Below, in pieces: positions 1 through 8,144 of a stretch of DNA of 64,000 bases. Where the stretch lies: contig JBAZZE010000001.1 of assembly GCA_041658955.1 (NCBI GenBank), positions 16,676-80,675 of the forward strand, read 5' to 3'. The position numbers and the translations under genes are program-made. Each line of letters opens with the position of its first letter. Positions within the stretch are counted from its first letter, which is position 1. Under the pieces are notes generated by a model, which saw only the letters and a list, made by a program, of their open reading frames with translations, made no database searches and was not told the origin of the DNA. The stretch is from Candidatus Shapirobacteria bacterium. Its GTDB lineage: Bacteria > Patescibacteriota > Microgenomatia > UBA12405.

Positions 1-151
1 GCTTGCGGAGTTGTTTAACTTTTTTGCCGAGTATTGTCCGAACGGCAGCGGAAAGTTGGGGATTTGTTTTTGTCATTTTATCTTGGATGCCTTTACCCTC
101 TAACACGGGGCTACCTCATCCACAGTTAGGTCAGAGGCTATTTTATCATAA

Positions 152-367
152 CTACCTAGATTGAGGAGTATTGGCATCAAATGTTGTTATTGCAAGATGA
201 CCTTCTATCAATACAGTTCTATGTGATGAAGCGGCGAGTGCTTCATCCTCTCGTTGGTGAATCAGTGATCTAATCTTCCCTACCTCCTCCAGTTTTCCAT
301 TCTTGCCAATTATGTGTACTGGCACATCAGCGGTTAAGGGGTCTTCTGGTGTTTTGAAAAGTTTCAT
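152..367 (-). CDS. hypothetical protein
   Basis: 71-aa ORF with no recognisable motif. Confidence 0.45.
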   Translation of the reverse strand: MKLFKTPEDPLTADVPVHIIGKNGKLEEVGKIRSLIHQREDEALAASSHRTVLIEGHLAITTFDANTPQSR

Positions 368-432
368 ATTTTGTTAACGATATTACATAAACATTATACC
401 TAAAATACCGTAAAAAGTCAAGGTCTAATATG

Positions 433-666
433 TTAAAAAAACACTTCCAGGTTTTCGGCAATATACATTTCACGGGTATGTTTATCCATTGCCCAAATGT
501 CTACCTGTTTTTGATTATTGATGTCTTGTTTGGATCGGGCCACAACCTCAGATGTGTGTCTTAGCATATTCAATCGTTGACCCTCCGCTATTCTCAAGGC
601 TTCCATTCTATCTTCAGCGCGCATGCAATCTAACATATGCCCTATTTTATCATGTATTGTATCCAC
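433..666 (-). CDS. hypothetical protein
   Basis: 77-aa ORF divergent from the trp promoter. Confidence 0.45.
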   Translation of the reverse strand: MDTIHDKIGHMLDCMRAEDRMEALRIAEGQRLNMLRHTSEVVARSKQDINNQKQVDIWAMDKHTREMYIAENLEVFF

Positions 667-678
667 TTTTCCAAAAAT

Positions 679-706
679 TTGACAAAAAAATAATCTAACC
701 TATAAT
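679..706 (+). promoter_or_regulatory. sigma70 promoter of the trp leader/operon
   Basis: TTGACA (679-684), 16-bp spacer, TATAAT (701-706). Confidence 0.85.
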
Positions 707-716
707 TACAACAATT

Positions 717-788
717 ATGAAATCATTCGTCTCTCAAGCTTGGTGGCAAGTCCAAAGCCCAACCGCGGGAGATATTGATCTGTCATAA
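717..788 (+). CDS. trpL: Trp attenuator leader peptide MKSFVSQAWWQVQSPTAGDIDLS
   Basis: 23-aa ORF just after the promoter with tandem TGG TGG (741-746), upstream of tRNA-Trp and trpB. Confidence 0.85.
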   Translation: MKSFVSQAWWQVQSPTAGDIDLS

Positions 789-834
789 GCCATTCTTTTT
801 TCCAAAATATCACACCCGCGCGAGCGGGTTTTTT
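764..834 (+). terminator. attenuator: mutually exclusive antiterminator and terminator
   Basis: Terminator ACCCGC-GCGA-GCGGGT plus T run (814-834). Antiterminator CGCGGGAGATATT (764-776) can pair with AATATC..CCCGCG (~806-820). Confidence 0.85.
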
Positions 835-858
835 GTTTTCTGGCACCTTTTTAAAAAT

Positions 859-929
859 AGGAATGTAGTTCAATGGTAGAGCTCCTGTCTCCAAAACAGG
901 CGATGATGGTTCGATTCCGTCCGTTCCTG
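859..929 (+). tRNA. tRNA-Trp(CCA)
   Basis: Acceptor AGGAATG/CGTTCCT, anticodon arm CCTGT-CTCCAAA-ACAGG, T arm GATGG-TTCGATT-CCGTC. Confidence 0.93.
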
Positions 930-1034
930 CTATGACCTTTATACATAAAATATTAGTTATTACGGCACCTAGTCGGTGGCGGATGTTTTGGCGAAGTACT
1001 TATTTTTCCTTTATATCTTTAAATTTAAATTCTT

Positions 1035-2225
1035 ATGAAAAATTATCAAAAACTTATCAAAAACGGTTATTTTGGACAGTACGGTGGGCGTTTTGTTCCA
1101 CCTCAACTTGAAGATGTCTTGAAACATCTCGAAGTTGAGTACCATAAAGCGATCAAAGATCCCCAGTTCAAAAAGGAGTTGACTTATTGTTATCACCATT
1201 ACGCCGGTCGTCCTAGTCCACTTTATTTTGCCAAGAGGCTAACCAAAGTCTGCAACGGTGCCCAAATATATTTAAAACGAGAAGACCTCAATCATACCGG
1301 CGCTCACAAGATAAATAATGCTTTAGGCCAAGCACTTTTGGCTCGTAGAATGGGCAAAACCAAGTTAATTGCTGAAACCGGAGCTGGTCAGCATGGTGTG
1401 GCCACAGCTACTGTTGCTGCCATCTTTGGCATGAAATGTGATGTCTATATGGGTCAACGTGACATGGACAATCAAAACATTAATGTCTATCGCATGAAAC
1501 TTCTAGGTGCCAATGTTATTCCGGTAACTGGAGGACAGAAGACTCTCAAAGATGCGGTTGATGCGGCTCTTATGGCCTACATCAAAGAATCTGATGCTTA
1601 TTATCTATTAGGTTCAGCAGTTGGTCCTCACCCATACCCCTCTATGGTTCGTGATTTCCAAAAAATAATTGGTCAGGAAGCCAAAAGACAATTCCGAAAA
1701 ACTAATTCTTCGCTACCTGACTATTTAGTGGCCTGTATTGGCGGAGGTTCAAATGCTATTGGACTTTTTTATCCATTTATATTCAACAAAAGTGTCAGAA
1801 TGATTGGGGTGGAACCAGCTGGACTTGGTGCTAAAAGTGGTCGTCATGGCTTATCTTTAGGACAAGGAAAAGTCGGTCAAATCCATGGATATAACTGTCT
1901 TGTCCTTCAGGATAAGGATGGTCATATCGCTGAATCGTATTCAGCCGCTTCTGGACTTGATTATCCCGGTGTCGGGCCTGAACTTTGTTATCTAAGGGAT
2001 ATCGGCCGTCTGGAAACAACTGGTATCACCGATGCTATGGCTGTTAGCGCCTTCAAGGCCTTGTCTCAATTGGAGGGAATAATTCCTGCTCTTGAGTCAG
2101 CTCATGCAATAGCTTATGCCATTGAATTGGCCAAAACGTTATCAAAAGAAAAAACCATCATCGTCAACCTCTCTGGCCGAGGTGATAAAGATGTAGTTAA
2201 CGTTTATCAAAATTTAATGAAGTAG
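1035..2225 (+). CDS. trpB: tryptophan synthase beta subunit
   Basis: KREDLNHTGAHKINN (PLP lysine), AETGAGQHG, GLDYPGVGPE, NLSGRGDKD. Confidence 0.97.
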   Translation: MKNYQKLIKNGYFGQYGGRFVPPQLEDVLKHLEVEYHKAIKDPQFKKELTYCYHHYAGRPSPLYFAKRLTKVCNGAQIYLKREDLNHTGAHKINNALGQALLARRMGKTKLIAETGAGQHGVATATVAAIFGMKCDVYMGQRDMDNQNINVYRMKLLGANVIPVTGGQKTLKDAVDAALMAYIKESDAYYLLGSAVGPHPYPSMVRDFQKIIGQEAKRQFRKTNSSLPDYLVACIGGGSNAIGLFYPFIFNKSVRMIGVEPAGLGAKSGRHGLSLGQGKVGQIHGYNCLVLQDKDGHIAESYSAASGLDYPGVGPELCYLRDIGRLETTGITDAMAVSAFKALSQLEGIIPALESAHAIAYAIELAKTLSKEKTIIVNLSGRGDKDVVNVYQNLMK

Positions 2226-2268
2226 CAATTACTCCCCCTCCTCAATTGGGGAGGGGGAAAAAATATAA

Positions 2269-3747
2269 ATGTTAAACTCAAATATAAATATGGATCCATT
2301 AATACAAAAAAATAACGAAATCTTAGTCAAACTCGGTATCGAGTTTACATCAATCGAGCATCCTCCTTTTAAGGAGATCTTCGATTGTATGCGTCACCTT
2401 GGCTTACCCATTTCTGAAGGTTTTTCTACTTTAGTTATGAAAGCAGACGATCAGTATGTCGCTATTATTCGCCGGGATGATTGTCAGCTCGATCTTGATC
2501 GTGCTTGTCAACTTATTGGGTGTAAAAAATTAAGTCTAGCTTCACCTTCGGAATTTGAAGCCCTAACCCACACACCTTCTGGTGCCGCTTTTGTTGTTAA
2601 TCCGGTTACCGCCACCTACTTGGATCAAAAACTTTTTGAAAAAGAATTTCTTATGGGTGGTTCAGGTAGTCTTTCGATTACCAATCGATACCGTTCAGCT
2701 GATCTTAAAAAAATTCCTGGTAGTAAAGTTGTTGATATTGCGACCCTTAAAGCTCGCAAGCGCATCTTAACTGGGGATACCCCTAGTGGTCGCCTCCATC
2801 TCGGACATTATGTTGGTACTCTTGAAAACCGTGTTCGTCTTCAGGATGAATATGAGACTTTCATTCTTTTGGCCAATGTTCATGCTTATGCCAATAATTA
2901 TCGCGACTCAGAGACTATTAATAAAAACGTCTACGAAGTGTTTTTAGACAACTTAGCAGTGGGTATCGATCCCAATAAATCTACAATTTATCTAGAATCT
3001 GGTATCCCAGAGACCATGGAACTTTATAGTTATTTTCTAACTATGGTTACTCATGCCCGTGCACTCCGAAACCCGTCCGTCAAAGAAGAAATTAAATATA
3101 AAAAAATAGACCCATCCATCGGCTTTATCGTCTATCCCGTACTTCAAGCTGCCGATATTCTCGGTTTTAATGCCAACTTGGTCCCGGTCGGTGAAGACCA
3201 GTCTCCAGTCATCGAACAAACTAGAGAAATTGCCCGTGACTTCAATAAAGCTTTTGGGACTACTTTCAATATTCCCGATGCTATGATTGGCCGAGTTCCT
3301 CGTCTGGTTGGTACCGATGGTCTTACTAAGATGAGCAAAAGTGGTGGCAATGCCATCCTTCTCTCTGATGATGAAGCGACTCTTAAGAAGAAAATTCAAG
3401 CATGTTATACCGATCCTCAACGGGTTCACGCCACCGATCCAGGAAGAGTTGAAGGTAACCCTGTATTCGAATATCATCGTGCATTTAATCCCAATAAAGA
3501 AGAAGTAGCCGATTTGGAAGCTCGTTATCTGGTTGGTAAGGTGGGGGATAAAGAAGTTAAAGACAAACTCTTTATCGCCCTTAATACCTTTTTGGAACCT
3601 ATTCGCGCTAAAAGGAAATATTATGAAGACAATCCCGATATTGCCAAACAGATTCTTATCGAAGGCACCAAAAGAGCCAGAACCATCGTCGCTTCAGTAA
3701 CTAGTGAAGTCCGCGAAAAAATGGCATTTAACAAGCTTCTAAGTTGA
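2269..3747 (+). CDS. trpS: tryptophanyl-tRNA synthetase with N-terminal YbaK/ProX-like domain
   Basis: TGDTPSGRLHLGH (HIGH), YPVLQAADI, VPVGEDQ, KMSKS; first ~160 aa resemble the YbaK/INS fold. Confidence 0.93.
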   Translation: MLNSNINMDPLIQKNNEILVKLGIEFTSIEHPPFKEIFDCMRHLGLPISEGFSTLVMKADDQYVAIIRRDDCQLDLDRACQLIGCKKLSLASPSEFEALTHTPSGAAFVVNPVTATYLDQKLFEKEFLMGGSGSLSITNRYRSADLKKIPGSKVVDIATLKARKRILTGDTPSGRLHLGHYVGTLENRVRLQDEYETFILLANVHAYANNYRDSETINKNVYEVFLDNLAVGIDPNKSTIYLESGIPETMELYSYFLTMVTHARALRNPSVKEEIKYKKIDPSIGFIVYPVLQAADILGFNANLVPVGEDQSPVIEQTREIARDFNKAFGTTFNIPDAMIGRVPRLVGTDGLTKMSKSGGNAILLSDDEATLKKKIQACYTDPQRVHATDPGRVEGNPVFEYHRAFNPNKEEVADLEARYLVGKVGDKEVKDKLFIALNTFLEPIRAKRKYYEDNPDIAKQILIEGTKRARTIVASVTSEVREKMAFNKLLS

Positions 3748-3751
3748 TCAT

Positions 3752-4612
3752 ATGAGTTGGCTAGTACTAACTATCCTTGGTATGTTTGCAGTCGCTACTG
3801 CCGATGTTAGTCAAAAAATTACTCTCAAAGGCCAGTCACCACTTAGTAGTATTACCAATAACTTCCTTGTCTGGAATGGTATTGGTGTTTTGGCTTTGAT
3901 CTATTTTTTACTTTCAGGGCAAAAATTTCCGGTACTGACACCAACCTTTTATTATCAATTTGCCCCCATGACAGTTCTTTATTTTCTCGGGGGAACTTTT
4001 TATTATCAAAGTTTTAAAAGTAAAAGTGTTTCTATCTCGGCAGTTCTGGCCACCATATCTTCAGTTATGACCACTGTTTTGGGTATATTTCTCTATGGTG
4101 AGAGTACTCATCCTTTAAAATTTCTGGGTTCAGCTTTTATTATCGTGGCAATTTTCATGGTTAATTTTCATAAGAATTCTCATTTTGATAAATATAACCT
4201 TTATGCCCTCTTGGGTGGAATTTTTTATGGTTTTGCTTATGCTCTCGACAAACATTTTGTCCTCAACTCAACTCCTGACTTTTATCAAATTGTTCTCTGT
4301 TTTGCAGTTGGTATGGCTAGCCTTATCTTTAGCCCAGCCAGAATCGTTAAAGAACTTAAGCATTTTCACCGAGGACTTCTAATCTCAATAATATCTTCAA
4401 CCTTCTTTTTCTTTCTCTATCAGAAGTTTTACTTTCTGGCTTATACTCGCGGCGGGGAGGTGGGTCGGATTGATGTCCTTAATAACACCACCATCTTTAT
4501 CGTTATTTTACTTGAGTACTTTTTACTAAAAGACAGGACAAATCTCCGACAAAAGATTCTTTCGGCAATAATAGCAGTTATCGGAGCAACTTTACTTTCT
4601 ATCGCAAACTAA
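3752..4612 (+). CDS. EamA/DMT family transporter
   Basis: ~10 TM helices in two repeats (LYGE.. / LLKD..), 4 bp after trpS. Confidence 0.8.
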   Translation: MSWLVLTILGMFAVATADVSQKITLKGQSPLSSITNNFLVWNGIGVLALIYFLLSGQKFPVLTPTFYYQFAPMTVLYFLGGTFYYQSFKSKSVSISAVLATISSVMTTVLGIFLYGESTHPLKFLGSAFIIVAIFMVNFHKNSHFDKYNLYALLGGIFYGFAYALDKHFVLNSTPDFYQIVLCFAVGMASLIFSPARIVKELKHFHRGLLISIISSTFFFFLYQKFYFLAYTRGGEVGRIDVLNNTTIFIVILLEYFLLKDRTNLRQKILSAIIAVIGATLLSIAN

Positions 4613-4872
4613 AAAGGCACTTTTTCGAGGTTGATGTAGGTTCCAATTGAGTTGCCTAAGGCATAAGCAGTAATTACAAAGACATTATTTCCCATTCCAT
4701 TAGCGATCTGAGTGATGATGAACAAAGCAACTAAGGTCTCAAAAAATACTAAGAGGGCTGCAGCGATAGATTTGCCGTTTGAAATCCAATAGGTTCTTTG
4801 GGTGGCCAAAAACATCTCCAAAAACCCTACGCCAAAGTAGCCTAATATTTGACCTATTAAATGCCAATTCAT
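4609..4872 (-). CDS. small membrane protein (DUF2179/DUF5698-like)
   Basis: Likely start MNWHL at 4872; AAALLVFFE and YALGNSIGTY pattern. Confidence 0.6.
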   Translation of the reverse strand: MNWHLIGQILGYFGVGFLEMFLATQRTYWISNGKSIAAALLVFFETLVALFIITQIANGMGNNVFVITAYALGNSIGTYINLEKVPF

Positions 4873-5076
4873 AATTTTTTTGTTTAATTGTAGAGCTACG
4901 CCCGAGCGGGTCTGTCCCACCAGGGTCGTTTATTTGATCTTTTTTCATTCATTTAGTGAACAAAACTATTAATTATATCCTATATTACGGAAATATTCAA
5001 TCACCAGCAAAATGGTCAGCATAATTTTAAAAAACCTACTATTTTAGGTTATAATTCCCATAGCTTTTGCAAGCTC

Positions 5077-5147
5077 GCCTTGCCGAAGCTAACGCACGCA
5101 GTTCTCTGGCAGGCTTGCCTTGCCGAAGTTCTGCAGAGCAGAACAAA
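5077..5147 (+). repeat. two short GCCTTGCCGAAG..GGCAGG repeat units
   Basis: GCCTTGCCGAAG at 5077 and 5117; the second unit ends on the first bases of tRNA-Met. Confidence 0.55.
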
Positions 5148-5221
5148 GGCAGGATAGCTCAGTTGGTTAGAGCATCGCATTCATAACGCGAAGGTCGCGG
5201 GTTCAAGTCCCGCTCCTGCTA
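5148..5221 (+). tRNA. tRNA-Met(CAT), elongator type
   Basis: Acceptor GGCAGGA/TCCTGCT, loop TTCATAA, T arm GCGGG-TTCAAGT-CCCGC. Confidence 0.9.
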
Positions 5222-5224
5222 CTA

Positions 5225-5298
5225 GGGCATGTAGCTCAGTCGGTTAGAGCACCGATCTTATAAGTCGGGGGTCCATGGTTCGAGTCCATGCATGCCTA
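5225..5298 (+). tRNA. tRNA-Ile(TAT)
   Basis: Acceptor GGGCATG/CATGCCT, anticodon arm CCGAT-CTTATAA-GTCGG, T arm CATGG-TTCGAGT-CCATG. Confidence 0.92.
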
Positions 5299-5301
5299 CT
5301 T

Positions 5302-5964
5302 GTGGAAAAACATATTCGAGCTAAGTCACTCAAACTTACTTCTACGGTCAAATGGTACGATCAAAATGCCAAAAAATTTGATTCTTTAATCTCATCTCTT
5401 GCCATCCCTGAACACATCAATACTTTTCGGGAACAATTGTTCCCGGGAGCCTTCGTACTTGATGCTGGTTGTGGTTCTGGACGTGATACCGCCCTTCTTG
5501 AAGCTAAAAAATTGATTTTAACTGGACTAGATCTTTCTACTGAGTTATTAAAAATTGCCCAAAAAAGGTGTCCCCAAGCCAAATTTGTTCAAGGTAATTT
5601 ACTCGATCTCCCTTTCAGAAACGAATCCTTTGATGGTGTTTGGGCCAATGCTTGTTTGGTTCACCTCAAAAATAATGTGGCAGTCAAAAAAGCCCTATCC
5701 GAATTCCACCGAGCACTAAAAAAAGACGGTGTTTTACATATATTTGTCAGAGCAAACCTCGGTGGTAAAAAGGTACTTTTTCATCAAGACGCTCAATCTC
5801 AATTCAAAAGACTCTTCCACAACTTTACCCTGTCTGAAGTCACCAGTTTACTATCCGAAGCTGGATTCAAAGAATTGTTTACTACCCAAACAAAAGAAAT
5901 AGACCAACACCCCCAAGGCCGAGCTGATGTCGAATGGATTCACTCAATTAGTCACAAAATCTAA
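5302..5964 (+). CDS. class I SAM-dependent methyltransferase
   Basis: VLDAGCGSGRD, FDGVWANACLVH; start moved to GTG 5302 because the listed start lies inside tRNA-Ile. Confidence 0.85.
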   Translation: MEKHIRAKSLKLTSTVKWYDQNAKKFDSLISSLAIPEHINTFREQLFPGAFVLDAGCGSGRDTALLEAKKLILTGLDLSTELLKIAQKRCPQAKFVQGNLLDLPFRNESFDGVWANACLVHLKNNVAVKKALSEFHRALKKDGVLHIFVRANLGGKKVLFHQDAQSQFKRLFHNFTLSEVTSLLSEAGFKELFTTQTKEIDQHPQGRADVEWIHSISHKI

Positions 5965-6007
5965 TTAGTTAACAAAAAAGCCGTCAAGTTAATGACGACC
6001 TCTTTGT

Positions 6008-6080
6008 TGGTTGCGGGGCCGGGAGTTGAACCCGGCCTGTGAGATTATGAGCCTCACGTGCAGCCGTACACTACCCCGCA
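6008..6080 (-). tRNA. tRNA-Met(CAT), atypical, with initiator-like acceptor and encoded CCA
   Basis: Reverse complement TGCGGGG...TGAGG-CTCATAA-TCTCA...CCGGG-TTCAACT-CCCGG-CCCCGCA-ACCA. Confidence 0.85.
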
Positions 6081-6136
6081 TATCTTGTCACACGCTCAAA
6101 ATATATCATGAGCTTGTCGAATGACTGCTTATTCTA

Positions 6137-6550
6137 TCACAATAATCCTTTTGTAAACAGCTTCCACCATTTTATCAAATTTGGCTCAGTTTCCACTTCA
6201 TTTACTTCGCTAGTAATTCTCTCCTCTTTTGTAATCGACGGTAGGGCAATCCACCTATCATTCTCAGTACCTACACCAAAGTATTGCCTCTGATTCCGGC
6301 TTATTGTAGCGCTACTCGTCGATTCTTCTACTAATCGTTGGTACTTCTTTTTCTCTATTTCTAGCTCGTTCACTCTTCTTTCTAGAGTATCAACCCTATT
6401 CCTGGCTGCTTTTAAAGTTATAAATTGCCGGTAAATGTTAATTAGCGAAGAATAAATGATATATCCCAGTATTACGTAAAAAAGGATTTGTTTTGCCCGT
6501 TGCCACCGTTCTGATTGTGTTTTGTCCTTATTTGTGTTACTATAAGTCAT
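6137..6550 (-). CDS. septum formation initiator (FtsB/DivIC-like)
   Basis: One TM helix followed by a coiled coil; CPR-type C-terminal PN..KWWKLF. Confidence 0.6.
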   Translation of the reverse strand: MTYSNTNKDKTQSERWQRAKQILFYVILGYIIYSSLINIYRQFITLKAARNRVDTLERRVNELEIEKKKYQRLVEESTSSATISRNQRQYFGVGTENDRWIALPSITKEERITSEVNEVETEPNLIKWWKLFTKGLL

Positions 6551-6573
6551 CTTTTCAAGTTAAATTAAATATC

Positions 6574-7440
6574 ATGAGTCAAATAACCATCGATGCTGCC
6601 CTCAATTTGTTTACTGGAGCGCTTGCCAAAAAAGGTAAGTCTACCAATACTATTGTAGCCTACAAGGGAGACATCAACCAGCTTATTAACTATCTTAAAA
6701 CCCAAGAGATCATTACCATAGATGGTATTTTGGCTAGCCACATTGAAGGCTTCAAAAAAGATTTAATTAATAACAACTATACTGCCAAATCAGTTTCTAG
6801 AAAATTAAATTCCATCAAAAACTTTTTCTCATTTTTAGTTTCTGAAGGTGTAATTACTAAGGATCCTTCCACCGAAGTTAAGCATCCAAAATACGAAAAT
6901 GATATTCCTAAGATTCTCAAACCATTAGAATATCGTTCACTTCGTGATGCTTGTCGCAATGATGTCCGTTCTACTGCTATTGTCGAACTCATGCTTCAAT
7001 CAGGACTTCGAATTAAAGAGATCGAAAACCTAAAATTAGAAAATATTCGCGAGAATGACATTTTCATCGAAAGCTATGAGAGTCACTCATCCCGTGTAGT
7101 TCCTTTAAACAATTCTGCTAAGACTGCTCTAAAAAAATACCTCGATGAAGGCCGTTACCAAACAAAAGCCAAGAACGTTTTTGTTACCAAGACTGGTCGT
7201 CATCTCTTAGCCCGTAATATCCGTAGTTTACTCAATCGTTACTTCGACAAAGCCGATATCAAAGGTGTCAAGGTCAACGACTTGAGAAATACCTTTATCG
7301 TTTTCCAACTAAAATCAGGCGTACCTATTGATGTCGTCTCTCAAGTTGTTGGACATAAGCGTATTTCCACTACCGAAAAATATCTTGAACTCATCGATTC
7401 CAAAGAAGAATCAAAGGGAATCAAGTTAAAAGAATTGTAA
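6574..7440 (+). CDS. XerC/XerD-like tyrosine recombinase
   Basis: SAM-like N-domain (TIVAYKGD, SVSRKLNSIKNFF), GLRIKE, NDLRNTF, GHKRISTTEKY; likely start ATG 6574. Confidence 0.9.
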   Translation: MSQITIDAALNLFTGALAKKGKSTNTIVAYKGDINQLINYLKTQEIITIDGILASHIEGFKKDLINNNYTAKSVSRKLNSIKNFFSFLVSEGVITKDPSTEVKHPKYENDIPKILKPLEYRSLRDACRNDVRSTAIVELMLQSGLRIKEIENLKLENIRENDIFIESYESHSSRVVPLNNSAKTALKKYLDEGRYQTKAKNVFVTKTGRHLLARNIRSLLNRYFDKADIKGVKVNDLRNTFIVFQLKSGVPIDVVSQVVGHKRISTTEKYLELIDSKEESKGIKLKEL

Positions 7441-7447
7441 GTTAACT

Positions 7448-7684
7448 ATGCCCCAGTGTTTTTCCGGAAAAATTTGCGAAGCTTTGTGCTGTGGTTCGTG
7501 TAATGTGTCCAATGACGCTGCCAGAGCCAAATTCCCTGCCGGAAAAGTTTTGTCTATTCGCACTTCTTGGGATTATCTTGAGTTAAGCATAACCCGTACT
7601 GACCCAACTCCTGTGGGAGAAATCAAAGAAATCATCGTCCGTAGAGGTATAATAAGTACCATTATTCAAAATAACAATTCATAA
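7448..7684 (+). CDS. hypothetical Cys-rich small protein
   Basis: ORF tightly packed after the recombinase. Confidence 0.4.
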   Translation: MPQCFSGKICEALCCGSCNVSNDAARAKFPAGKVLSIRTSWDYLELSITRTDPTPVGEIKEIIVRRGIISTIIQNNNS

Positions 7685-7686
7685 TC

Positions 7687-7899
7687 ATGACTTTAAGCAA
7701 AGATACAATCCAACGATCGTGTAGCCGCCCACCAGCAAGTGGAGTTGGTGCCCGAACAATTGAAGACTGTGGACACCCTATTCAGAAGTACTTACCACCT
7801 TCAGAACATTGTATTGCTTGTATTACTGCATCTATGAGGGGTGGTCAGGCTGTTGATGTTCCAGCGTCTAGAAATTCCCAACCAATTCCTCAGAAATAG
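7687..7899 (+). CDS. hypothetical small protein (possible Zn-binding CGH..HCIAC)
   Basis: ORF 2 bp after the previous one. Confidence 0.4.
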   Translation: MTLSKDTIQRSCSRPPASGVGARTIEDCGHPIQKYLPPSEHCIACITASMRGGQAVDVPASRNSQPIPQK

Positions 7900-7928
7900 T
7901 CAAATTATTCTCGGTGTTATAATCTGCT

Positions 7929-8144
7929 ATGGCAGGACCGACAACTCTTCCTGAAAATATCCTTCGAGATATTCGTCTGGCGATTAGCACTGGTCTAATA
8001 ACTCCCCCTCTTTCTGCTCGCTCCACGGAGCCTGGAGCCATTAGAATCGGTGACGAAACTTTTGATCCATCCACTCTAAGTGACCTGATTACTCGTAAAA
8101 TTCAATCCACTCCTGTTACTGACCTAATGTTCGACATTGGCTAA
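7929..8144 (+). CDS. hypothetical protein
   Basis: TATAAT just upstream of the ATG. Confidence 0.5.
   Translation: MAGPTTLPENILRDIRLAISTGLITPPLSARSTEPGAIRIGDETFDPSTLSDLITRKIQSTPVTDLMFDIG

Noticed and set aside
1-76. Possible truncated minus-strand CDS (MTKTNPNFPLPFGQYSAKK...)
   Set aside because: Only 25 codons are visible at the window edge, too few to support a call.
700-860. T-box riboswitch upstream of the trp genes
   Set aside because: No T-box consensus or stem I is visible; leader-peptide attenuation explains the region.
5275-5301. Listed methyltransferase N-terminus overlapping tRNA-Ile
   Set aside because: The ATG is inside the tRNA T arm; an in-frame GTG at 5302 is more plausible.
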